Shown here piece by piece: positions 19,131 to 28,237 of a stretch of 64,000 nucleotides of DNA. The stretch is from an uncultured Acidimicrobiia bacterium (lineage in GTDB: Bacteria; Acidobacteriota; Terriglobia; Versatilivoradales; Versatilivoraceae): positions 1,376,001-1,440,000 of the forward strand of contig CAWBAT010000005.1 of the NCBI GenBank assembly GCA_963786955.1. The letters are read 5' to 3'. The position numbers and the translations under genes are program-made. Below the pieces are notes generated by a model, which was not told the DNA's origin, searched no databases, and worked only from the letters and a program-made list of their open reading frames with translations. The first letter of the stretch is position 1; each line of letters opens with the position of its first letter.

Positions 19131-20297
19131 ATGCCTAAGGTAACGGAGAACGTACACTCCAATCGAGCCAATTCCCGTTCCGATCCTCAGGATGAGGGCA
19201 TGATTGTTGCGCGGGAAAAGATGTTGCACGAGCAGGTTCACTATCTGTCCCAATTCCGGCAACGTGCGGTGACCATACAACAGTTGTCGGAGTTAGGGTC
19301 GATCCCTTCCAAAGAAAATCTGCTGGTTGGAGCCCGATTTCTTCACAAAGAATTGCCAGTTCGAATCGCCCATCGAATCCGAGAACTGGAAAGTCTGCCT
19401 CTTGAATTATCCAAGATGCCGTCGGTCCAAGTGGTCCGCAATATGTATCTTGAGACGTTAAGCGACCTGGTGGAATTGCCTCTGCCTCAGACCCTTGAGG
19501 ATGAAGATCGTTTTACCCAGACCATAGATGCCATTAAGCAGCGTCACAACAACGTGGTCTCGATCATGGCTAAAGGAATCCAAGAACTGAAAGAGCAGCT
19601 TGGAGAAGACGAGCTCGGCTCTGAAATACCTGAATTCCTTGATCGGTTCTATTTGTCCCGCATCGGGATTCGAATGCTCATCGGGCACTACATCTCATGC
19701 CACAATGGCTCGTCCAACGGATTTGTTGGGTTGATTTGCGAGAAGTGTTCCCCCGCTGAAGTTGCCGAACAGGCGATCGCCGACGCTCAGAATCTATGCA
19801 TCCTGCATTATACCGTAGCTCCTGAAGTCGCCATCCTGGGCCGAACGGATCTGACGTTTACCTATATCCCATCTCATCTGCATCATATGCTGTTTGAGCT
19901 ACTCAAGAACTCAATGCGCGCGGTTGTCGAGCTCCACGGCGACAAGGTCAACGATTTACCGACCATCCGGGTCGTCATTTCCAAAGGCCATGAGGACGTC
20001 ACAATCAAGATTTCGGACGAAGGAGGTGGCATTCCGCGCAGTGGCATTTCCCGTATTTGGACCTACCAGTACACAACGGCCGCTCGGCAGACCATTAGGC
20101 CCTCTTCGATTTATTACAATGACTTTCATGCTCCCATGGCTGGTTTGGGATACGGCCTGCCGCTCAGCCGCCTGTATGCGCGTTACTTTGGAGGAGATCT
20201 TCAGATTATCTCGATGGAAGGATATGGCACTGACGCCTATTTGCATTTACGCAGGTTGGGAGATACTGAAGAATCACTACCCCGGAAGCTGCACTAA
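19131..20297 (+). CDS. Mitochondrial-type pyruvate / branched-chain 2-oxoacid dehydrogenase kinase homolog (BCDHK_Adom3 + GHKL ATPase)
   Basis: FLHKELPVRIA, RHNNVV, FLDRFYLSRIGIRMLIGH, YIPSHLHHMLFELLKNSMRA, IKISDEGGG, MAGLGYGLPLSRLYARYFGGDL, SMEGYGTD. Alternative start at 19200. Confidence 0.92.
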   Translation: MPKVTENVHSNRANSRSDPQDEGMIVAREKMLHEQVHYLSQFRQRAVTIQQLSELGSIPSKENLLVGARFLHKELPVRIAHRIRELESLPLELSKMPSVQVVRNMYLETLSDLVELPLPQTLEDEDRFTQTIDAIKQRHNNVVSIMAKGIQELKEQLGEDELGSEIPEFLDRFYLSRIGIRMLIGHYISCHNGSSNGFVGLICEKCSPAEVAEQAIADAQNLCILHYTVAPEVAILGRTDLTFTYIPSHLHHMLFELLKNSMRAVVELHGDKVNDLPTIRVVISKGHEDVTIKISDEGGGIPRSGISRIWTYQYTTAARQTIRPSSIYYNDFHAPMAGLGYGLPLSRLYARYFGGDLQIISMEGYGTDAYLHLRRLGDTEESLPRKLH

Positions 20298-20473
20298 GAG
20301 TCCTCAAGATTTTCTTTTCTGCAACGTTATATCCCGTTTCTTCCAGAACGATCTCGAACGTTCAAGGGTATGTTTATTCCTTGGTCTGGAAGGAGATCAT
20401 TAAGGATTCAGGTTCATAAGAAATACTAAGTTGCAAACAAGGTGTTGGAAGGCCGCACGGGCAGAGGCTTTTG

Positions 20474-20650
20474 GCCCTGTAAGGGCCATATAAAATAGCC
20501 CAGGGGCATGGAGCGAGTGACGGCGGTCACTCGCGACTGCTGCCCTGGGTCTAAGGCGAGTAAAGTACGGCCCCTCTCTCTTGGGAATAGGAACACAATA
20601 ACGAATTGTCGGCTCCCCTCGCCCCAACGCGGGAGAGGGAGCCGGGGGGG
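20474..20650. repeat. Intergenic palindromic repeat cluster
   Basis: GCCCTGTAAGGGC, CCCAGGG..GCGAGTGAC-GTCACTCGC..CCCTGGG and CTCCCCTC..GGGAGAGGGAG hairpins between convergent genes. Confidence 0.6.
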
Positions 20651-20767
20651 AATGCCAATTCTCAATTCTTTCGGGAATGAATATAGCAGGGGTAGACTTG
20701 CTTTTTAAGGCCTTTCATTGCCGTTTGAATTTGTTCCTGAATCCTACCGGCTTCCAGTTCATTATCC

Positions 20768-21721
20768 TCACGGCTGCAACATAACCTTCAGAACTCCGGG
20801 CTGTTGGGCGATCTCGAAGGCTCGCAGCGCGTCATCCAGGGGGAAACAGTGTTGAAGCAATCGGGCAGGATGGATTTTCTTAGATTCCAGTAGCTGAAAT
20901 GCCGGCTCAAACCGGCCACAGCGGGATCCGACCACTGTAATCTCATCAACAACAATGGGGGCGGGATTAAATGCAATCTCCCCGTGGAAAGTAGATTTCA
21001 GAACCAGCGTCCCTCTGGGCTTAAGCAACTTGAGCGCTAGATCCCAGCCTGCGGGGGATCCGGTCGCCTCCACGATGACGTCGAATTCCCGGTGGAGACT
21101 CTCTGTCGATTCAAGCGCAACCTGGGCGAGGGGATAATCAGCGACGACATCCATTTTCTTGGTATGTTTCCCGATGATGCTGAGCTGACAACCGGTCTGG
21201 CACAAAGCCATTGCAATGAGCAGGCCCAATTTTCCATCGCCGAGTACGGCAACCTTCATCCGAGGTGAAAAATTCACCTGGGCAATCACTCCACAAGCTG
21301 CGGCAACCGGTTCCATGAAGACAGCCTCATCATCAGAGACAGAGTCAGGCACTACATGAAGATTCTCTTCTGGCAGCCTGAAATATTCCTGGAAAGCGCC
21401 ATCACGGTTTAAGATGCCCAGCACGGTTCGGGAAGGGCAATGCCGTTGAAGATTTTTGCGACAATAGTCACAGCGGCCGCAAGCCGCGTTGATTTCTCCA
21501 ACGACCCTTTTGCCTAACAACGACGGATCTCGCGAGTATTCAACGATTCCGACAAATTCATGACCAAGCACGCCGTTAAATCCAAAATATCCATGGGTGA
21601 TTTCGAGATCGGTATTACAGATCCCTGCTTTCAATAGACGGATGACCGATTCGTCTCCTCCGAAATTAGGGACCGGCCTTTCTTGTACACTGAGTCCCCC
21701 GTCAAATACGACAGCCTTCAT
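20768..21721 (-). CDS. Zinc-binding alcohol dehydrogenase (MDR family)
   Basis: GICNTD, GHEFVG, CGRCDYC..C, GDGKLG. Confidence 0.93.
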   Translation of the reverse strand: MKAVVFDGGLSVQERPVPNFGGDESVIRLLKAGICNTDLEITHGYFGFNGVLGHEFVGIVEYSRDPSLLGKRVVGEINAACGRCDYCRKNLQRHCPSRTVLGILNRDGAFQEYFRLPEENLHVVPDSVSDDEAVFMEPVAAACGVIAQVNFSPRMKVAVLGDGKLGLLIAMALCQTGCQLSIIGKHTKKMDVVADYPLAQVALESTESLHREFDVIVEATGSPAGWDLALKLLKPRGTLVLKSTFHGEIAFNPAPIVVDEITVVGSRCGRFEPAFQLLESKKIHPARLLQHCFPLDDALRAFEIAQQPGVLKVMLQP

Positions 21722-22280
21722 GCCAACTCTCCTCTAATTCCGTCAGATCTGATTTCTAGGTCTACGGCTTTTGGGTGGTGGGTGGAAACCAACTACCGCA
21801 GAGTTAGGAAGAGACTCTGCGTTACGATGCTACGATGCTCCAGAGGATTTGTCCAACCAACCACCAACACCCCCTCAACTCAATGGGAGAAGGGGCTGGC
21901 AGGTGAGAAGATCGTCACCATATTCTGCAATCCTCAATAGGAAGGAACGGGCGAGTACAGAGATTGAGTTGTACCTGATTGTTGACGGTGATGTGAAGCC
22001 CATTTGGATCTTCAATGGGGAGATTTGGGATATGAGGTGTAACAGGATGCATTTCTAAATCCGAAAAAAACTTGTACTGCTGCCTCTGGGCTACCTATAA
22101 GTTTTAATGAGACCCAGAAATGTGAGCTCCATAAGAAAAGGACTATTCATCCAGTATTCTTGTCGATAGGATAAGGAAACTGAAAAAGGGGAAAGCCGGA
22201 AGAATCGGGCCTTATGGACCCAGCCCTGTTCAAAAAAGTCGATGCAAGTGGATCAAAAATGAATTCAAGAATCCGGATGA

Positions 22281-22389
22281 CTAGTACCAAGTTGCACAAA
22301 TTCGCGGTAATTGTTGTAGCCGGGGTCGTTGACCCCGGGCTTAAACAGCGGGGCCAGCGACAACACGGACTTCTGCAAGTGAGTACTAC
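22281..22389. mobile_element. MITE-like element, family B (~109 bp)
   Basis: CTAGTACCAAGTTGC..GTAGCCGGGGTCGTTGACCCCGG..GCAAGTGAGTACTA; nearly collinear with the reverse complement of 32350-32459. Confidence 0.7.
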
Positions 22390-22390
22390 T

Positions 22391-23644
22391 GTGAAATTGT
22401 TACTTATCCTCATCCTGCTCCTGTTCACTTCCCTTGTTCCCTATTTGGCTCAGGATGCCAAGGAAAATGATTCAAAGGGGCTTGCAAGCAGCAAAACCAC
22501 GCCGATCCTCCAGCCGGAAGCGGTTGAACTCCTGAAAAAAGTCAGTGCGGTATACAAGAATTTGAAGCAGTTCCAGCTTGAGCTCGATGTCAAGACCAGC
22601 ATGGATTCAGGCCTCAGGCAGAAGACCAGTAAAACTCATATTTCTATGACGGCCATACGGCCTGGAAGAATGAAATTGATCTTGGAAAACGATGCCGGCC
22701 AGATTCAGTATTTTCGCAACGGAACTACGGCGACGACTTATCTTCCCCGTCTCAACCAGTACATCCAGCGACCTGTAGAACAACCGAACCGTCCCGCTTC
22801 GGACGAAGACGAACACGATACATTTGACTTTGCAACAACGGGCGATCAGATCGTGAGTCAATACGATTCCATTGACAATGGGGTCGAGAGCGCCAGGATT
22901 GTGAGAGAAGAAGCGCTCGTTTTAGGTGAGGAGAAGATTAACTGTGTGGTCATCGAAGTCGAAGCATCCAAGCATCGTGAAGAAGGAGAAGCCACGATGC
23001 AGAGAACATACTGGATTGACAAGGTGGGCAGCCTGGTTCGAAAAGTAGTGAGCAATAGTCGCTTCGAGCCGGGATCGAAAGAGGATGCTGTGGTCCTACA
23101 GGCTGAGAAAATCTTTTCAGTGTTCCAAACGTTGGAGCCCATCGGCGATGATATCTTTAACTTCTCGCCCCCAACCGGAGCAAAGGAAGTTGCCGAATTC
23201 CTGGAGCCATCACGACGAGGCGAGAACCCCTATGGGAAAGAAGCCCCTGATTTCACCTTGAAGACATTCCAGGGTGCCACGGTCCAAATGAAGCAACTTC
23301 GCGGGAAAATCGTCTTGCTGAGCTTCTGGGCAAGCTGGTGCGGGCCCTGTCGCCATGAAATGCCCGTGATCGAAAAGCTCAGCCATCAATACCGTGACCA
23401 GGGTTTTTTGGTTTTTGGTGTGAACGACGAAGATCGGGATACCATTCGTGATTACATCAAGGAAAACGGCTACAGTTTTCCAACCTTGGTCGATGAGGAG
23501 CAAGAGGCTTTAAAGCTTTATCATGTTGGGGCAATTCCGACTACAGTCGTCATTGATCGGGAAGGGAAGATTGCCAGCTATCAGGTCGGAATGAGCAGTG
23601 AAACCGAACTTCGAGCGATATTGAATAGGCTCGGAATTCATTGA
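22391..23644 (+). CDS. Exported TlpA-family disulfide reductase with an N-terminal LolA/DUF2092-like domain
   Basis: Signal peptide; domain ending ...FNFSPPTGAKEV; then APDFTL, FWASWCGPC, IPTTVVIDREG. Confidence 0.85.
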   Translation: MKLLLILILLLFTSLVPYLAQDAKENDSKGLASSKTTPILQPEAVELLKKVSAVYKNLKQFQLELDVKTSMDSGLRQKTSKTHISMTAIRPGRMKLILENDAGQIQYFRNGTTATTYLPRLNQYIQRPVEQPNRPASDEDEHDTFDFATTGDQIVSQYDSIDNGVESARIVREEALVLGEEKINCVVIEVEASKHREEGEATMQRTYWIDKVGSLVRKVVSNSRFEPGSKEDAVVLQAEKIFSVFQTLEPIGDDIFNFSPPTGAKEVAEFLEPSRRGENPYGKEAPDFTLKTFQGATVQMKQLRGKIVLLSFWASWCGPCRHEMPVIEKLSHQYRDQGFLVFGVNDEDRDTIRDYIKENGYSFPTLVDEEQEALKLYHVGAIPTTVVIDREGKIASYQVGMSSETELRAILNRLGIH

Positions 23645-23667
23645 ATGGCAGTCTTTCAGGCCGGTTG

Positions 23668-23851
23668 GGCGCAGGCGAGGACGCCTGCACCACAAGGTCG
23701 TGGTGTGGGCCTCTGGCCTGCACAAATGTCGCAACTCCAGATACCGTGGCCGCAGGCCACGGCAGGGGTGGTGAGCCAAGCCCCGCACGGTATCCAACCA
23801 CCCCGCGCTGGCCTGCCGCCAGCGCTTCCCCTCCTTGTTCAAGGAGGGGAG
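23668..23851. repeat. Palindromic repeat mosaic
   Basis: GCAGGCG..CGCCTGC, CCGTGGCC..GGCCACGG, GGGGTGGT..ACCACCCC and CCCCTCCTT..AAGGAGGGG hairpins. Confidence 0.65.
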
Positions 23852-23906
23852 TTTTCTCGGCTCGCCTCTTACCTGTGTCACTCTGTATAGCAGGTCCGCA
23901 AAACCG

Positions 23907-24150
23907 TTACTTCTTCTTCTTGCCATCGAGTTCTTCAATGGTTGCAGTGGACGCCGGTCTGGCCTTCTGGAGGCGGAGGGCTACACCTTCCGCTTCTCGA
24001 ATCACGCGCAGGATATTCTCGCCAGCCAGTTTTCTGAGGTCAGCATCACTCCATCCTCTCTTGATTAACTCGGCGAAGAGGTAGGGAAACTTTGAAGTGT
24101 CTTCCAGACCGACCGGCATCTCTTCCCCACCGAAGAAATCACTTCCAACC
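23907..24150 (-). pseudogene. C-terminal remnant of a membrane dipeptidase (peptidase M19)
   Basis: GSDFFG..MPVGLEDTSKFPYLFAELIKRGWSDADLRKLAGENILRV; the N-terminal part is missing. Confidence 0.8.
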
Positions 24151-24248
24151 TTCCTTTGAGACCATTGAATGCAATACAATTCAGAGCGAATGGACAAAAT
24201 TCCCATCAAGTCTGTATTGAACTAGAGCAAAAGAGAATCAGGTTTCTG

Positions 24249-27200
24249 ATGTCGTACCCTAATTCACAGAAAAGCTTCTGGTATCTGATAGCCACTCAAT
24301 TCCAGGGTGCTTTCAGCGACAATGCCTACAAGAACATTGTGACCCTGGTTGCCGTCTCCACTGCTGTAACGGCCCAACAAGAGAGCCAACGAATTAGCCT
24401 GGCAGGTACTCTGTTCATCCTTCCATTCCTGCTTTTTTCCATGTATGGCGGATTCCTGGCGGACCGCTTCAGCAAGCGCTCCGTGACAATCTATACCAAG
24501 GTGGCTGAGGTCGCTATCATGTTGCTGGCGACTCTTGAACTCTCCCGTGGACACCTTTCACTGGCCATGGGGCTTCTCTTTCTCACCGGCAGCCAGGCCG
24601 CATTCTTCGGTCCGACAAAGTACGGAATCCTACCGGAATTATTGCCGGAAAAGCGGCTTTCCTGGGGCAACGGCATCCTGGAAATGACCACTTTTTTGTC
24701 CATCATTCTTGGCACAGTGGGGGGAGCAATTCTGGTCGAACACCTTGGTGGCCGTTTGTATTTAGCCGGGTTGATCCTGGTGGTGCTGGCGCTAGTGGGA
24801 ACAGCCACCAGTCTTGGTATTGGACGCCTTCCAGCAGCCAATCCTGCTGCCCGCTTCCGTTGGAATTTTGTTGGAGAGGTCTGGCGCTATGTTCGCCTGG
24901 CCCGCGAGGATCGTGTTCTCTGGCTGGCGGTGGTGGGTGGCGCTTACTTCTGGTTTCTGGGTTTTCTCTTCCAGACCAATATCATCTTGTATGGCAAGAA
25001 TTCTCTAGGCTTACAGGAAAGTCACATTGGATATCTATTGTCATCAGTGGCCCTGGGAATCGGTCTGGGTAGCTATGTAGCAGGTCACTTGTCTGGGAAC
25101 AAAATCGAATACGGTCTGATTCCCTTGGGCTCCATCGGGATCACAGTCTTCTCCTTGATTCTCGGATTGGGGCGGTGGGATTTCTGGCACTCCGCGACCC
25201 TCTTAGCCGTGATCGGCTTCTCGGCGGGATTTTTCATCGTTCCTCTGAATGCCCTGGTACAACAGCGCCCAGACCCATCGATCAAGGGTGGGATGATTGC
25301 CATGGCCAACCTGATGACTTTTGTCGGGATGCTCTTGGCCGCAGGACTATTCTGGGTACTGAGTGGTCCTCTTCGAGTGACGCCGCATCAGGTGTTTCTG
25401 ATTGGGGGAGTGCTCACTCTGGTTGCGACGACTTACGTCTCGATGTTGCTTCCGGATTCTTTGCTGCGTCTGGTTTTATGGATACTGACGCACAGTCTTT
25501 ACCGCATTCGAGTGGTAGGTCGCGACAACATTCCCGAAAAAGGGGGCGCACTATTCGTTTCCAACCACATGTCATTTGTCGATGCGCTTTTGTTGATGGC
25601 ATCAACCGACCGTTTCATCCGCTTCCTGATTGAGAAAGACATTTATGAGCATCGATTGATCAGGCCTTTTGCCAGGGTCATGCGCGCGATCCCGATATCA
25701 GGCCAGCGTGGCCCACGGGCTCTGATCTATGCTCTGCGTGAAGCCAGCCGCAGCATCCAGACTGGAGATGTTGTCTGTATCTTCGCCGAGGGGCAAATTA
25801 CGCGTACGGGCCAGCTGCTTCCTTTTCGCAAAGGGTTCGAGCGCATCATGAAAAACGTGGACGCGCCAATCGTTCCAGTCAATTTGGATCGCGTTTGGGG
25901 CAGCATTTTCAGTTTTGACAAGGGACGGTTCTTCTGGAAGCTGCCCGCCCGCATTCCTTATCCTGTTACGGTTACCTATGGAATCCCCATGGCTGGCCAG
26001 TCTCCTTCTGAAGTGGTCCGTCAAAAGGTTCAGGAGCTAGCGACAGACGCCTTCGCCTTCCGTAAAGCGGATCAAACCCAGCTTCAACGAGCCTTTGTTC
26101 GAAGGGCGCATCGGCATCCTTGGCGCTTTGCAGTGGCTGACGGAATGACGCCGCGCGTGAGCTATTTAGGCCTCCTGCTTCGTAGTGTGTTTCTCGCGAG
26201 ACTGTTGAGAGAGCAATGGCACGGCCAGAAAATGATCGGGCTGTTGCTCCCCCCATCCGTGGCTGCTGCTGCGGCTAACGTTGCTGTGCTCCTCGCGGGC
26301 AAAATTCCGGTCAACCTGAACTACACAGTCTCCCAATCCGTCCTGGAGTCCTGCATCTCTCAGTGCCAAATCACAACGGTCCTGACTTCAAAGGAATTCT
26401 TGGAGAAGGTAAAGTTGCCAACCCCTTCAGGCTCCGTCTGGATGGAAGATTTGAAACAACGGAAGACGATTGAACGGACGCTGGTCGCCTTAATGCAATC
26501 TCTGTTTTTGCCGGCTGGCCTATTGCAGCGATTGCTGGGCGCCAGCAGTTCTAAGGCTGTTGATGACCTTGCGACCATCATTTTTTCGAGCGGCAGCACA
26601 GGCGATCCGAAAGGTGTGATGCTCTCCCACCACAACATCTATTCGAACCTCGATGGCATGGCACAGGTTTTCGCGATTTCACGACAGGATCGGATTTTGG
26701 GTGTGCTCCCTTTTTTTCACTCGTTTGGATTTACCGGAACCCTTTGGTTTCCGCTGGCCAAAGGCATGGGGGCCATCTACCATCCCAATCCGTTGGATGC
26801 TCGAACCATTGGGGCCATTGCTGGCCGCTACCATGCAACCATTCTCCTGGCCACACCCACCTTTCTTCAGAGCTATACTCGCCGCTGCAACCCCGAAGAC
26901 TTTGGCAGTCTTCAGTTCGTCATGGTGGGGGCCGAGAAACTCACGGATCGAGTCGCCATGGCTTTTGAGGAGAAGTTTGGCATTCGCCCGATGGAGGGTT
27001 ATGGTTGTACCGAGTGCTCGCCCATTGTTTCTGTGAATGTGCGTGACTTCCGTGCCGCCGGGTTCTATCAAGTTGGACAGAAGCGCGGGCGCATCGGCCA
27101 CCCGCTGCCTGGAATCAGTGTTCGCATTGTCGATCCGGAAACTCTCCAACCCTTGCCCGCGGGTTCGACGGGCCTCCTGCTCGTGAAGGGGCCGAATGTG

Positions 27201-27662
27201 ATGATTGGATATTTGAACCGGCCTGACAAGACGGCAGCGGTGCTCCGGGACGGCTGGTACGTTACAGGAGACTTGGCCCTGCGGGATGCCGACGGATTCG
27301 TCACAATTACTGACCGTTTATCCCGTTTTAGTAAGATTGGCGGCGAAATGGTTCCGCATCTCAAGGTTGAAGAGGCCTTAAACAATCTCGCTGGCACGTC
27401 TGAACTCAATTTCGCCGTGGCCGGGGTCCCGGATGAAAGAAAAGGGGAACGGCTTATAGTGCTTCATACGCTGAGCGAGGAAAAAATCAAGGAAGTGCAA
27501 TCTGGACTGCCCGGCTCAGGACTTCCTAATCTTTGGATCCCGAGGCAGAATGCTTTCTTTAAAGTTGAAAAGATCCCACTGCTCGGAACGGGCAAACTCG
27601 ACCTCCGTTTAGTGCGGGAAACAGCCATCAAACTGGCCGACGCGGCAAAGCAGGAGTGCTAA
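24249..27662 (+). CDS. aas: MFS (LplT-like) / acyltransferase / acyl-ACP synthetase fusion (Aas-like)
   Basis: MFS domain (QFQGAFSDN, GFLADRFSK, FFGPTKYG), PlsC domain (NHMSFVD, FAEGQIT) and AMP-binding domain (FSSGSTGDPKGV, EGYGCTE). Confidence 0.92.
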   Translation: MSYPNSQKSFWYLIATQFQGAFSDNAYKNIVTLVAVSTAVTAQQESQRISLAGTLFILPFLLFSMYGGFLADRFSKRSVTIYTKVAEVAIMLLATLELSRGHLSLAMGLLFLTGSQAAFFGPTKYGILPELLPEKRLSWGNGILEMTTFLSIILGTVGGAILVEHLGGRLYLAGLILVVLALVGTATSLGIGRLPAANPAARFRWNFVGEVWRYVRLAREDRVLWLAVVGGAYFWFLGFLFQTNIILYGKNSLGLQESHIGYLLSSVALGIGLGSYVAGHLSGNKIEYGLIPLGSIGITVFSLILGLGRWDFWHSATLLAVIGFSAGFFIVPLNALVQQRPDPSIKGGMIAMANLMTFVGMLLAAGLFWVLSGPLRVTPHQVFLIGGVLTLVATTYVSMLLPDSLLRLVLWILTHSLYRIRVVGRDNIPEKGGALFVSNHMSFVDALLLMASTDRFIRFLIEKDIYEHRLIRPFARVMRAIPISGQRGPRALIYALREASRSIQTGDVVCIFAEGQITRTGQLLPFRKGFERIMKNVDAPIVPVNLDRVWGSIFSFDKGRFFWKLPARIPYPVTVTYGIPMAGQSPSEVVRQKVQELATDAFAFRKADQTQLQRAFVRRAHRHPWRFAVADGMTPRVSYLGLLLRSVFLARLLREQWHGQKMIGLLLPPSVAAAAANVAVLLAGKIPVNLNYTVSQSVLESCISQCQITTVLTSKEFLEKVKLPTPSGSVWMEDLKQRKTIERTLVALMQSLFLPAGLLQRLLGASSSKAVDDLATIIFSSGSTGDPKGVMLSHHNIYSNLDGMAQVFAISRQDRILGVLPFFHSFGFTGTLWFPLAKGMGAIYHPNPLDARTIGAIAGRYHATILLATPTFLQSYTRRCNPEDFGSLQFVMVGAEKLTDRVAMAFEEKFGIRPMEGYGCTECSPIVSVNVRDFRAAGFYQVGQKRGRIGHPLPGISVRIVDPETLQPLPAGSTGLLLVKGPNVMIGYLNRPDKTAAVLRDGWYVTGDLALRDADGFVTITDRLSRFSKIGGEMVPHLKVEEALNNLAGTSELNFAVAGVPDERKGERLIVLHTLSEEKIKEVQSGLPGSGLPNLWIPRQNAFFKVEKIPLLGTGKLDLRLVRETAIKLADAAKQEC

Positions 27663-27768
27663 GTTGCGCAAGTACGCGGTAATTATTGTAGCCGGGATCG
27701 CTGATCCCGGCCGGGGTCCGGCCTCACCGAGGCCGGCTACAGCACGAACTTATGTAACTCAGGACCAC
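27654..27768. repeat. Family B element overlapping the aas stop codon
   Basis: GTGCTAAGTTGCGCAAGTACGCGGTAATTATTGTAGCCGGGATCGCTGATCCCGG..CCGGCTAC. Confidence 0.7.
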
Positions 27769-28237
27769 CAGTTGCACCTGAAAAATCGATGCAGTGGAAC
27801 AAATATTCCACTTCCGAGGAATTCAATTCTCAAGATTCCTGAATGAAAATCTATTCCACATTTGAATTTGATGAGTTAAGCGCCTAACCATCAGAATGGA
27901 TTTAGTTGATTTAAAAGAAGATACAATTCCAATGAAAAATTATCTCAATTTACCGAGCAATGGACATTTCGTTGCAATATCCTCTGCTGTTGGCGACGAG
28001 GCAAAACTATTCCTTAAGAATGAGCGCGTTTGAATGACTAACGGGTTTCCCCAGTTAGGTCGATAAATTGATTTGGGTATTCCATACCCAGGGAGAATTC
28101 TTGACTGTAAGGGGTATGGAATCAAAGAGTTTCAAAATTTTTGACTTTACAACTTGATACGGTTCCCTTAGGATTCTTGATTCTGCTTAAGTAGATGTGT
28201 CAAGCATCAATTGGATAGGGTTAGATTTGGGGTGATT

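Noticed and set aside
19131-20297. PDK gene as eukaryotic contamination or an ordinary histidine kinase
   Set aside because: It has no introns, is flanked by bacterial genes and local-style repeats, and carries PDK-specific motifs throughout. Read-level confirmation is still needed.
23510-24084. Overlapping ORFs across repeat mosaics and antisense ORFs inside long genes
   Set aside because: These are shadow frames of GC-rich palindromes or of real genes, with no protein motifs.
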